This document shows positions 21,201 to 28,406 of a stretch of 34,590 nucleotides of DNA, one piece after another. Source of the DNA: Thermoplasmatota archaeon. Lineage in GTDB: Archaea; Thermoplasmatota; Poseidoniia; Poseidoniales; Poseidoniaceae. Position 1 is the stretch's first letter, and the number at the start of each line of letters is the position of its first letter. The stretch is from positions 1 through 34,590 of the forward strand of contig JAURMD010000058.1 in assembly GCA_030830875.1 (NCBI GenBank), given 5' to 3'. The notes below the pieces were generated by a model. That model was given only the letters and a program-made list of their open reading frames with translations, made no database searches and had not been told where the DNA came from. A program made the translations under genes and the position numbers.

Positions 21201-21478
21201 GCGTACTGGCTTCCGTTGTCACCGATGGAGGTCCACACCGTGCCCACCTCCAGCACGCCTGAAGTCACGGTGTGGTTGTCGAGCACCGTCACCGTGGTGA
21301 CGTTGCTCGCGCTCACGCCCCCACCCCCTCCAAGGGGTGCGACCGTGACCACCGGAGAAGATGTGGTCGTGGTAGGGCCCATCGAGGCCGCGACCATCGG
21401 TGAGAAGGCCGGGAGGAGCAACAGGAACAGCATCACAGGGGCATGAGGACGTTGCAACATGGCCCTCACCAACCCCAC
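15251..21478 (-). CDS. giant (2075-aa) sequon-rich cell-surface protein with N-terminal signal peptide and C-terminal TM anchor
   Basis: The signal peptide is MLFLLLLPAFSPMVAASMG. Three jelly-roll-like modules end in GW-LDDV-type strands (SAWLLDDVRIS, GWEGMAIDNLQV, DGWYLDDVGVEV) and carry Asp-box-like SLDGGSNW and SIDDGATW. A long beta-rich middle section follows. A CARDB-like module (VAFEVANAGVLAGNVTVRMFDD...) precedes the TM helix AAWVGLGAIAVVLAVVSLWLA. The alternative start is 21460. Confidence 0.85.
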   Translation of the reverse strand: MGLVRAMLQRPHAPVMLFLLLLPAFSPMVAASMGPTTTTSSPVVTVAPLGGGGGVSASNVTTVTVLDNHTVTSGVLEVGTVWTSIGDNGSQYANDVGNGFSSGFHEATNGLLRGGRLSLASPGADEDMEDFETPVLMPTGWLTGGSHDRVWSSHNLSASSVAASLPSLPIDGDRVLLLGGGQVPLVANMSGCYATPQIDAPAVVRNHTVSFSHAADLLDGDLRWMEWRSSQSTGWLVLPPTDGYPDLNNGTFANGLDPDPSTVAAGWTSDSSAWVSESLRLDGRLTGGESWYQLRFCFATSVTSGNRSAWLLDDVRISNQGDPSGAWFHGNLSGDYAPNADGWLLMDVDLSNLTAPAEVGFLAHWDLEGGWNDGMTTLLSLDGGSNWTLLSAAPGLPGNGLVWQGSWLSQVSNEWVDIAYSLPPATFTSANASNAILAFRVLTDANVNHGGGVTDGWEGMAIDNLQVTSLPGQANQTVRRLSNFTSPPVLGVGFNLSGGNVTNEWTWTTALGAHGPTWWNASFESGQMVPRGWSIEHVRGSGWTVGSLNTTSGSGPMSWASGSSGVGIVLDGDYAAESLGYLITPTYSLPENASARFTFRSWVCTETDWDGGAVQLSIDDGATWWFPPYNALFHHGRSTLNPYSPLHTQGLFDGSIHSGGCPSRSQAFDAPSLDVSNLSGQDFRARFVFFSDTWIEKDGWYLDDVGVEVDRFLEQGTWRSSLLRAPVGDLWGVLDGHASIPPSSTLRVDLLDATGADIEGWQNLSLPVHVTLGTQAYPWLQLRVNMTTADEKTTPILERLTIGSVVHIDAQHLGTNPPSAVVVTQDGRLTLGIGAYHDIDFLEHPRCPHRAVRVVVEGVGGALQTFGGVETLVVNGTDMRVYDVAWSDLRLRPTVAARLAPGDALREVRMEVDCLASAEELRVGIDAQSHLLLDATTLGYGPHLGASTMYTAVINATDASLLWNGSSDTLTSSELDAEAVALAWWVHAAPSSNAVLVPYRTLVHLSSEGATLEVEDHLGSRSMTAMRNGTVLVDGTAQCIQAVNAPHAGARQCTIALSPTTASIVGASALLSLDASDSRDIPVPLDVVDAAIEARRSLLPSAQHSLELWVSTDRGAVDVALHLESQSRLYEQIVAVPVTSWTPGQTVTVVTEHRREDPRDAAASVPALRTAMLSFGPNVGTAVGTVHVERLNEATPVFRQDAGAGFAALEATSTSSCDRTSCRIEWRLTSTWAFDDVAKLIWWTEAQDEDGFATGPVQRSMTVTGNDVENDLEVDVLIVVDDRGRQLHDWTSPLWPFEVAPETPLTVTGRLRMEGLAQRFPSAHDASLLVRLEGSGWSDSSTVDVQDEGWFTANLTSPAATAVAGGASLQVGIEVQRCGPIASPSLTCELRGQVPNVTLVHDASPPTLMSVEVLDPGGRQPADGHVAPADSDVALVLMAEDDLGFASPLTVWTWLEARDDANRDGLSDENEWVAVVVPVAEGRTVVELDLPLIDAEDVIEDGGALGRIRLVVNGEDIAGQALVGGGSKTGLPLAEVRLEPRYPTSVPTERLRMDSVNGRLFPGSRHVFGFDLVDANGIESLDAFEFGLLGADEASCVVVHRPRANETTADAGCFHGAPDVTILQTRPSTWEVEVGFRLRWDLVAGLEDGTFQPSLQVRDEGQDLGLGLRRIAPLAWTARPEVTLSLEDIVDTTAPTGGVVQDVIHVDRGDVVNVRLALFHEGTTLPAQKLPGAVNLEWSMTDGARVTGGSIDVPDDGTPELRIAFDPSVWVRTTGQFEVMIDGWSFGNLTLSWNVSIDVHAPRLDLGGVRSLAVDSDALDAVPVEVTVTDIESLIVEGVVAHWVLLRQGRAMDAAKGFQALEFVTIDGASTRHAAMLNMTPTVEFDLRSGDAWQLWFSAADASGRPLVGQGTSIEPIPVTMRWVAFEPVLSSLVAAPYRPQVGDMIDVAFEVANAGVLAGNVTVRMFDDDGQLLNEASVWLEPGERQRLVWSAEAWREGDLGLRMTLDVGAVDVPVPLADVSVASTSREGQGAAWVGLGAIAVVLAVVSLWLANAQRPSDTPPSRPAPPPFSEEE

Positions 21479-21566
21479 CGTGGCGGAGGTCAGGCTTGAA
21501 CGCTCGTTCCGCCTGTGCAGTACCCTGCATGAAGGTTTGAAGTGTCCTCGTCACGAGGGTGCAGGC

Positions 21567-22568
21567 ATGAGCGCGAGAGGCCCCCTCGATGAGGCCTCTG
21601 CGCGTGAGATTGAGGAGCAGTTGACCACGACGCATCGGACGCAGGTCAGCAGAAAAATTCCCGTGCCGCTGCCCCGGCCCGATTTTTGGAACGCTGTGAG
21701 TGACCTGCTCCGTTCCATCGACCTTCAGTTGCACGAAGCCGTACGCAAGCATGGCTTCGACCTGCGCGTCCAAAACCTCCAGCGACGCCAAGCCACCATT
21801 CGACGGGTGGCCAGCGAACTTGCACGTCGGCGATTGGTCGCGATGATCCAACATGCTTCCAGTCAATCCCTTCGCACCCCGTCCTCCATCGCCCAGCCAA
21901 CCGAACTCGCGTCGCTTGACTGGAGTCGACATGACCCGGCTGAGCGAGAATTCTACACAGCGATGATGCAGCAGATGGACCGGTTCAAACTGGCCGTTGA
22001 CTGGGCGGCGATGCAGAACGGCCTGCCTGCAGAAGTTGCTTCCGCCAAAGGAGGCCAGGCCACGCCTGTAGCACCCTCTGGGACCACCCAACTCGATGCG
22101 TGGTCGGACGGTCCCGGCGGGCTTACAGGGCGCGAGCCGCCAGCGCTCGCCTTCATCGATGCAGGTCCAGGTCCTGCTGACATCGAGTTGGATGAAGAAG
22201 AAATGCTGCTTGCTGACCGGATTGATGCATGGAATGAGGAAGATTACCTCATGGAGCATGTCGAAGCCGACACGACCCCCGTCGTCGCTTCAGCCGGTCG
22301 ACATGCAGCCGCTCTGGAACTTGCACCGACGACGCAGGCTCCCAGCCATCATCCAGACCCACAGGTGAAGGTGATTGGAGCGTCCACGCCTACCGAGGGA
22401 GACGGTCCTCTGTTGGCACGTGTTCGCGTCGTGGCCTCAATGGAAGACGCCATCGTCGGGCCGGACGGAGCGTCTTTGTTGCTGGCGGCTGGCGACGTTC
22501 ATCTGCTCGACGCTGACGTAGCGTCGATCCTCATCGAATCGGGCATCGCTGAGGCCGCAGACCTCTGA
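21567..22568 (+). CDS. GINS51-like (GINS A-domain + B-domain) replication protein with ~135-aa inter-domain insert
   Basis: The N-terminal helical part is PDFWNAVSDLLRSIDLQLHEAV...LQRRQATIRRVASELARRRLVAMIQHA...DPAEREFYTAMMQQMDRF. The C-terminus ARVRVVASMEDAIVGPDGASLLLAAGDVHLLDADVASILIESGIAEA fits the GINS B-domain pattern (V.V..d.p.ivG.DG....L..GDV..L....A..Li..G.A). The match is by pattern recognition only. The start was trimmed from 21459 to avoid overlap with the divergent giant gene. Confidence 0.55.
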   Translation: MSARGPLDEASAREIEEQLTTTHRTQVSRKIPVPLPRPDFWNAVSDLLRSIDLQLHEAVRKHGFDLRVQNLQRRQATIRRVASELARRRLVAMIQHASSQSLRTPSSIAQPTELASLDWSRHDPAEREFYTAMMQQMDRFKLAVDWAAMQNGLPAEVASAKGGQATPVAPSGTTQLDAWSDGPGGLTGREPPALAFIDAGPGPADIELDEEEMLLADRIDAWNEEDYLMEHVEADTTPVVASAGRHAAALELAPTTQAPSHHPDPQVKVIGASTPTEGDGPLLARVRVVASMEDAIVGPDGASLLLAAGDVHLLDADVASILIESGIAEAADL

Positions 22569-22642
22569 ACGAAGCGCTATCAAACCGTCGGTGCCGACAC
22601 TGGAAGCACGTTTGGCTCCGCTGAGGCGACTCGGCCATTGCT

Positions 22643-22972
22643 TCAGTTGACGCTGCGCATCGAAATTTCGATGCTGACCGTGTCGGGGATGTCGATCCGC
22701 GCAACGTTGCGGAGGGCAGATTCGTCCTTCCCTGAGGTGATGTCCATTTCCAACAAGCGCTTGTGAACGCGCATCTCGAAGTGGTCGTAGGTCTCGCTGC
22801 CTTCACCACATGGGGTCCGGCGGACCGGGACCACGAGGCGGCGGGTCGGCAGGGGGATTGGGCCACGCAATTTCACACCACCTTGGTCGCAGATCATTCG
22901 AATCTGCTTCGCAACGGTGTCGATGTCACGGTGGTTTTCACCGGTCAATTTGATGACGGTGACCGCAGCCAT
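22643..22972 (-). CDS. rps10: 30S ribosomal protein S10
   Basis: The translation VIKLTGENHRDIDTVAKQIRMICDQGGVKLRGPIPLPTRRLVVPVRRTPCGEGSETYDHFEMRVHKRLLEM matches S10. The gene lies immediately downstream of EF-1alpha, as in the conserved archaeal tuf-rps10 pair. Alternative starts are 22978 and 22990. Confidence 0.92.
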   Translation of the reverse strand: MAAVTVIKLTGENHRDIDTVAKQIRMICDQGGVKLRGPIPLPTRRLVVPVRRTPCGEGSETYDHFEMRVHKRLLEMDITSGKDESALRNVARIDIPDTVSIEISMRSVN

Positions 22973-23008
22973 GAACATCCAACCTTTCATTCAGCCTCGA
23001 AGGAAGGC

Positions 23009-24307
23009 TCACGCCTTCTTCTCGATTTTCAAGCAGACGCCGGCAGCGACGGTCTTGCCCATGTCACGGATGGCGAAGCGGGAGAGTTCGGGGAAGGTCT
23101 CCATCGCCTCGATGGCCATCGGCTTGGTCGGAGCGAAGCGAATGAGGCAGGCGTCACCGGTCTTCAAGAAGGAGGGGTTGGCCTCCTTGCCGGCCTTGTT
23201 GGTCTTCTCGAGGAGTTCCTGGAAGCGCACGGCCACCTGAGCGGTGTGAGCGTGGAACACCGGGGTGTAGCCGACGGAGACCGCCTTCGGGATGTCCATG
23301 AGCTGAATCTGGCCGACGAAGGTCTCGTCGTGGCGGACAAAGGTCGGGGCGCTGTCGGCGTAGCCGGCAACGTCGCCACGGCGAATGTCGGTCGCCGCCA
23401 GACCACGAACGTTGAAACCGACGTTGTCGCCGGGCTCAGCCTTCTGGACCATGGTGTGGTGCATCTCGATGGACTTGACCTCAGCCGACTTCTGGCTGGG
23501 GTTGAAGACCACGGTCTTGCCCACGTTCAGGGTGCCGGTCTCGACCTTGCCAACGGGCACGGTGCCGATGCCGCCGATCTTGTAGACGTCCTGAATGGGG
23601 AGGCGGAGCGGCTTGTCGACGGGCTTGTCGGGCATCGCCGTGGCGTCGATGGCTTCGAAGAGGGTCGGGCCGCTGTACCACGGGGTGTTGCCGGACTTCT
23701 CGAACACGTTGTCGCCGTTCAGGCTGGAGGCAGGGATGAAGGGGATGCGGTCGAGTTGACCACCAAAGCCCGCCATCTTGAGGAGGTCGGACACTTCCTT
23801 CACCGCGGCGTTGTACTTGTCTTGGGACCAGTCGACACCGGAGATGTCCATCTTGTTGACGTGCACGATCAATTCCTTCACACCGAGAACACGAGCCAGG
23901 AAGGCGTGCTCCTTGGTTTGGGCGTTGACACCGTCGTTGGCGGCGCAAAGGAGCACCGCGGTGTCGGCCTGGGAGGCACCGGTGATCATGTTCTTGACGA
24001 AGTCACGGTGACCGGGGGCGTCGATAATCGTCCAGTAGTACTTCGGGGTGAAGAACTCCTTGTGGGCGACGTCGATGGTGATGCCACGCTCTTGCTCTTC
24101 CTTGAGCCCGTCCATCACGTAGGCGAGACCGAACCCGGCCTTGCCGTTCTCAGCCGCTTTCTTCTCGTTCTTCTCGACGACGTGCTTCTCAATGTGACCG
24201 CTGTCCAAAAGGAGGCGACCAACGGTCGTCGACTTGCCGTGGTCAACGTGACCAACGAACACGATGTTGCGGTGCGGCTTGCTCTTGTCTTCCCACTGCG
24301 AAGGCAT
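23009..24307 (-). CDS. tuf: translation elongation factor EF-1alpha
   Basis: Motifs GHVDHGKSTTVGRLL, DAPGHRDF and NKMD are present. The full length of 432 aa is collinear with aEF-1alpha. Confidence 0.95.
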   Translation of the reverse strand: MPSQWEDKSKPHRNIVFVGHVDHGKSTTVGRLLLDSGHIEKHVVEKNEKKAAENGKAGFGLAYVMDGLKEEQERGITIDVAHKEFFTPKYYWTIIDAPGHRDFVKNMITGASQADTAVLLCAANDGVNAQTKEHAFLARVLGVKELIVHVNKMDISGVDWSQDKYNAAVKEVSDLLKMAGFGGQLDRIPFIPASSLNGDNVFEKSGNTPWYSGPTLFEAIDATAMPDKPVDKPLRLPIQDVYKIGGIGTVPVGKVETGTLNVGKTVVFNPSQKSAEVKSIEMHHTMVQKAEPGDNVGFNVRGLAATDIRRGDVAGYADSAPTFVRHDETFVGQIQLMDIPKAVSVGYTPVFHAHTAQVAVRFQELLEKTNKAGKEANPSFLKTGDACLIRFAPTKPMAIEAMETFPELSRFAIRDMGKTVAAGVCLKIEKKA

Positions 24308-24346
24308 GATGATACACTCCTGTGTGGGCTGCCGACTGAACTCCCC

Positions 24347-24354
24347 TATTTGAA
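24347..24354 (-). promoter_or_regulatory. TATA-box-like TTCAAATA upstream of tuf
   Basis: On the minus strand the sequence reads CTTCAAATAGGGG, about 40 nt upstream of the ATG at 24307, with AGGAG between them. It is the only AT-rich element in the 85-nt spacer. Confidence 0.35.
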
Positions 24355-24392
24355 GGCGACGGAGTCGACGATGGACGTCGTTCTCCCGTCCC

Positions 24393-25574
24393 TTAGGTCT
24401 TGTAGTACAGGATGATTCGGAATCGCTCGACTTTGATGTCGTTCCACCGGTCGTTGTGGATCACGATGGTCCAATCACCGTCTCCATGCGTTGATTCACC
24501 CATTTGGTAGGAGGAGATGGGGAGCTCCAAGCAGTAGTCTTCGTCGTCGTTGCAGTCGTCGCCGTCGGTGCGCTGGTCGTCACCGATGCTCGACGAGTTG
24601 AGCACTTCATCGTCGTCTTCGTCGTACACATAAAGTTCCAACCGGTTGTTGTTCTGGTTGCCCGTGCCCGGCACCCAATCGTCGTCTTGTTGAGGGTAGG
24701 TGAGGTGACCAACCGCCTTGCTGATCGTGTTGCCGCTGTCACGGTCGTACACCACAGGCATGTCAAACGTGATTTCCGCTGAACCTGACGTGCTGTTGCC
24801 ACCGATCTCAAAATCAAGCCAAGTGCCAACGTAGTTGACGTACACTTTGGTCTCATCGGTTTCCTTCATGCCTTTCCCGCTGGTAACGGTCAACACAATC
24901 TCGTATTCCCCAGGCATCACGTTCTGCCATTCGACCTCCTCCCCCTCAAGGTCGGCGTCGTTCTCAGGGTCGCCGTCCCCATCGCTGTCGTCGTTGGGGT
25001 CAAGGTCCCACACCCACGACGAAATCCAATCATCGCTTGACCCTGGTGAGGAATCAGAGGCGTCGAGACGAACGTTGGCGCTTGCTTCGATGCGTCGGTC
25101 AGAGAGGTCCTTGTCGTCCTCGCACAACCACACCAGAATGAAGGTGCCCGTGTTGCCGTCCTCACCGAAGTAGTCCCACTCCGAGGAGTACGTGGTGATG
25201 CTTGCTTGTGGGGGCTCTGCTGATGCTTCGTACACGATGATGGTACGTGTGGCTTCAGCGGTTCGAACGCCGTCGGTGATGGTCAGGGTGACTGTTGATT
25301 CGCCAACCGTTGGAAAACGCCATTCTGCCGAGCGCCCGATTTCGTCCACTGCCCCATCTCCATCGAAGTCCCATCGGTAGGTGAGGGAACCGTCCGAAGG
25401 CAAGGATCCTGAGGCGTCGAAGAAGACCACCTCCCCCTCGTTGATGTTGGAGGCCGGGGAGAAGGTGAACACCGCGTCAAGCACGAGGTCATCGTCGCCT
25501 GAGCCGAGGCAGCCAACCAACGTGGAGGTGAGCATGAGAAGGACGAGCCCACCTGCGACGACGATACGGGCCAT
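24393..25574 (-). CDS. secreted lipoprotein-like protein with PKD-type Ig modules and very acidic C-terminal beta domain
   Basis: MARIVVAGGLVLLMLTSTLVGC is a signal peptide with a lipobox-like LVGC. The PKD signature is FTFSPASNINEGEVVFFDASGS...YRWDFDGDG...TVTLTITD. A second Ig-like unit reads EYEIVLTVTSGKG. D-rich stretches follow. The start was trimmed from 25694, which would overlap polB. Confidence 0.8.
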   Translation of the reverse strand: MARIVVAGGLVLLMLTSTLVGCLGSGDDDLVLDAVFTFSPASNINEGEVVFFDASGSLPSDGSLTYRWDFDGDGAVDEIGRSAEWRFPTVGESTVTLTITDGVRTAEATRTIIVYEASAEPPQASITTYSSEWDYFGEDGNTGTFILVWLCEDDKDLSDRRIEASANVRLDASDSSPGSSDDWISSWVWDLDPNDDSDGDGDPENDADLEGEEVEWQNVMPGEYEIVLTVTSGKGMKETDETKVYVNYVGTWLDFEIGGNSTSGSAEITFDMPVVYDRDSGNTISKAVGHLTYPQQDDDWVPGTGNQNNNRLELYVYDEDDDEVLNSSSIGDDQRTDGDDCNDDEDYCLELPISSYQMGESTHGDGDWTIVIHNDRWNDIKVERFRIILYYKT

Positions 25575-25632
25575 GTCAGTAGGGGGGGCACCTATCGTCA
25601 TGAACCCTGTGCATCCATGCACCCGTTGACCT

Positions 25633-28302
25633 TCAGAAGGAGAACAGCGACGTTTGACGGCTGCCACGCATGAGGTCTTCAGCAGACCAGCCAAACGCTT
25701 CCGTGATGCGTCCTACCGCGGCCGCCAACCGTTCAGCGTAGAAGCGCCCATCGTAACTTTCGACGCCTCCGTTGTCTTGTTCTTCCAACCACGCTGCAAC
25801 CTGCATCGGCCGGTGGCCGGCATCCGTGACCACAAAAGACACTTTCATTCCCGAGGTGAAAGGGAGGCCTAAGGCCATCCGTTGGCGTGCTGCACGTACT
25901 TGGGCCATGCTGTCAGGATTGGTGTACGCCTCGGAGAAATCCACGGAGCCGTCCTTCCGTACCTTTCCCTTGCAGGATTTGGCCAAAATCAGTCGATGCG
26001 CTTCCACACGACCCTCTTTGAGGGCAGCGACTTGCGCTATGGCGTGGGCGATGAGGGACTCACCCTCGTCAGCGAGGGCGTGCTCAAGGATGGTGTGCAT
26101 CGTGTCCACCAGGAACGCGAATGAATCCGTTCGCTGCGTTTCGTATCCTCGAATCAGCATCTCGTCCGATGGCCACACCACTTGACCAACGTAGCGTTTT
26201 TTTGCTCCGTGAGAAAAGAACACGCTGAGGCCTTTTTCAAACTCCAACACGGCCGATTCCTTGCTGTAGCGACGCGCGAGGTCATGACCGAAGGTCACCA
26301 TGGCGTCCTTGGCCCCCTCCCATGCTTTCACAGATCGTTGGGCGTCGACATCGCCGGAGGCAGCGATTGCTCGAACATGGTGCGGTAACGCACCTGGCAC
26401 ATCTTCGTCAACGGGGGCCCGAACGAAGATGGAGTCGGTGTCGGAATAGACCACGGGGTGTCCTTCCGCTTCAAGTTCACCAATGACTCCCTTGATGTTG
26501 TGGCGGGCCCAAGCAGTGATGGATGAACCGAGGTCGCGATGTGTGAATCGGTAGAAGCCAGATGCAAACACTCCGTAGAAGGAATTCATCAAGATCTTCA
26601 CCGCGTATTGCATGTCGTCATGGAAGGCACGTGCGGCCTCATTGTCCACCGCGTCACGCATCCCTGCTTTGTGCAGGTCGCGTTGTGCCATCAGGTCCCT
26701 CAACAGGTGGGGAACGAGCCCAACCCTGTGGTTCTCGCCCCAGAAGCGCACTCCGGTGGGGGCGACGTTCAACGAGTCACCCTCTCCCGGCTGGTCAGGA
26801 TGCGCGGGGTCAACCCTAGTCGTGTAGCAAATGTTGTGACCTATCATGATGCTTGGGTACATGCTCTTGAAGTCCAAAACGGCGATCCATGGATGCAATC
26901 CTGCTTCCACATCATGAACATAGCCGCCCGTAATTTGCCCCTCTTTGGGTTCCGCACTGCCCGTCATTGGAACGGCAACGCTGCTTCGGTCGGCGTGACG
27001 AATGACGAGGGAATCGATGAGTTGGCTCGTGCTGCCGTTGGCCGCGACCTCGAACGGGACTTTGCCGACGGCTGCGACGGCTTCCTTGCGTCGAACGACC
27101 TGGAGGGTGTCGAGGATGTCGAGCGGCAGGGCCGCGTCCCTTCGGCAATACTCGACGACAACGTCAGGTCTCGTCGCCCATTCCTCGTCCATTTTCGAGG
27201 CATCAACGTCCATTTTTCGCAGCTCTGCATCGTCAGGAAAAAGCAAGGCGCTCACGAAACCGAGGGTTTCTCGTTGGGGCCTGAGCGCCATTCGAGCCTG
27301 CCACCACGTGTCCATGATGCAGCGACCTCCCAAGGTCCACGCCCGGTTCCCTGAGCGGCGGGGGACCACCGCATCGCGTTGACGACGAAGGTCGTTGGCG
27401 TCTCGAGGTGTTCGCCCCCATCCGATCAGAGCAAGCCGCGCCGTTGCATCGCCGCGTTGGCCAAGAACGTCGGCACGGTCGACCAGTCGAGGAAGGTCGA
27501 AGTTGTCGATGTTGTATCCAGTGATGATGTCCGGGTCGGAGTCCAAGACGAGGGACGTCAGACCTTCGAGGATGCTGCGCTCGTCTCCTCGCCAATCGTA
27601 CACGTGACGGTTTCCGGTACCAAGGTCCTCCACTACTGCGGCGGCACAGAGGACCCTTTCGTGAGTGATGCTGGTCTCCAGGTCAAACGACAGCACGCGG
27701 AGCGGGACAGGAAACGGGTCCGCCGGAAGGAGCTGCTCCGCATCGCAGCGCAACGTAAGGTCGACCGAATACCGTCCTCCACCCCCTGCGTTGCTGACAA
27801 GGGTGGCTGCGGACTCCTCGTCCACTTCGTCCCGCCGGTCGACCACTTCTGCATTAACGTGAACGTGCATCCCTAGGTCGAGGTCAAGCAACAAGCGGTT
27901 GGCAAATGGAACATCGGCCGCAAACAGCGACCATGCTCCTGAGAGGGTCCGGCGAAGGTCTGGGACCACGTGAGGTTGAAGCACCTCAACCGTCCACACC
28001 GGCTTCCAACCGAGATCGGTCCACTTCAACTGAGGGCCTGTGACGCTTCGGACGTCATCCTTGGTCGCCAAGCGTTCCGCTGCTTCTTGAAGGGAGGCCG
28101 GGACATCCAGTCCGTTGGACCACCTCCCGATTGGGCCCACCTCGATGTGCGGCCTGAGGCCGTGCACGAGCAGGCAGAGGCTTTCACCGCTTTCCGCGCG
28201 GCCAAAGACTTCGAGCACGGTGGCAGAGGCGTCTCCCTCGCCAAGGGACCGGTACCTCACGGTGAGGATTCCGAACCGGCCCGACCACCGCTCAGGGTCC
28301 AT
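25633..28302 (-). CDS. polB: family-B DNA polymerase
   Basis: Exonuclease motifs are Exo I LSFDLETS, Exo II YNIDNFDLPRL and Exo III YCRRDAALPLDI. Polymerase motifs are DFKSMYPSIMIGHNI, KILMNSFYGV and YSDTDSIFV. All are intact and contiguous, so there is no intein. Confidence 0.93.
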   Translation of the reverse strand: MDPERWSGRFGILTVRYRSLGEGDASATVLEVFGRAESGESLCLLVHGLRPHIEVGPIGRWSNGLDVPASLQEAAERLATKDDVRSVTGPQLKWTDLGWKPVWTVEVLQPHVVPDLRRTLSGAWSLFAADVPFANRLLLDLDLGMHVHVNAEVVDRRDEVDEESAATLVSNAGGGGRYSVDLTLRCDAEQLLPADPFPVPLRVLSFDLETSITHERVLCAAAVVEDLGTGNRHVYDWRGDERSILEGLTSLVLDSDPDIITGYNIDNFDLPRLVDRADVLGQRGDATARLALIGWGRTPRDANDLRRQRDAVVPRRSGNRAWTLGGRCIMDTWWQARMALRPQRETLGFVSALLFPDDAELRKMDVDASKMDEEWATRPDVVVEYCRRDAALPLDILDTLQVVRRKEAVAAVGKVPFEVAANGSTSQLIDSLVIRHADRSSVAVPMTGSAEPKEGQITGGYVHDVEAGLHPWIAVLDFKSMYPSIMIGHNICYTTRVDPAHPDQPGEGDSLNVAPTGVRFWGENHRVGLVPHLLRDLMAQRDLHKAGMRDAVDNEAARAFHDDMQYAVKILMNSFYGVFASGFYRFTHRDLGSSITAWARHNIKGVIGELEAEGHPVVYSDTDSIFVRAPVDEDVPGALPHHVRAIAASGDVDAQRSVKAWEGAKDAMVTFGHDLARRYSKESAVLEFEKGLSVFFSHGAKKRYVGQVVWPSDEMLIRGYETQRTDSFAFLVDTMHTILEHALADEGESLIAHAIAQVAALKEGRVEAHRLILAKSCKGKVRKDGSVDFSEAYTNPDSMAQVRAARQRMALGLPFTSGMKVSFVVTDAGHRPMQVAAWLEEQDNGGVESYDGRFYAERLAAAVGRITEAFGWSAEDLMRGSRQTSLFSF

Positions 28303-28406
28303 GCCGCAAGGTCCGCGTCGCGCCCCCTTCAGGGCTTCGCAGGGCTCACAGAAAGTCTTGATACCCCGCCGAAGAATCGCCCAAGCATCGCATTGGAGGT
28401 GAGGAG

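Noticed and set aside
21219-22259. A 346-aa minus-strand ORF opposite the GINS-like gene.
   Set aside because: It overlaps the 5' end of the giant gene out of frame and has no recognisable motif. The + frame shows GINS A/B-domain patterns and G/C-biased third codon positions.
22763-24415. A 550-aa ORF on the + strand, one of the longest in the track.
   Set aside because: It is exactly antisense to the EF-1alpha and S10 genes, whose translations are unmistakable. Its translation is low-complexity G/V/L/A/D-rich. It is a typical shadow ORF of a high-GC gene.
25575-25694. A 40-residue N-terminal extension of the PKD lipoprotein ORF.
   Set aside because: It would overlap the 3' end of polB by 62 nt. 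The internal Met at 25574 starts a textbook signal peptide/lipobox.
25633-28302. A possible intein or split in polB (and likewise in aIF5B at 1416-3257), as is common in archaea.
   Set aside because: All exonuclease and polymerase motifs (and the G-domain motifs of aIF5B) are contiguous, and the protein lengths are those of intein-free versions.
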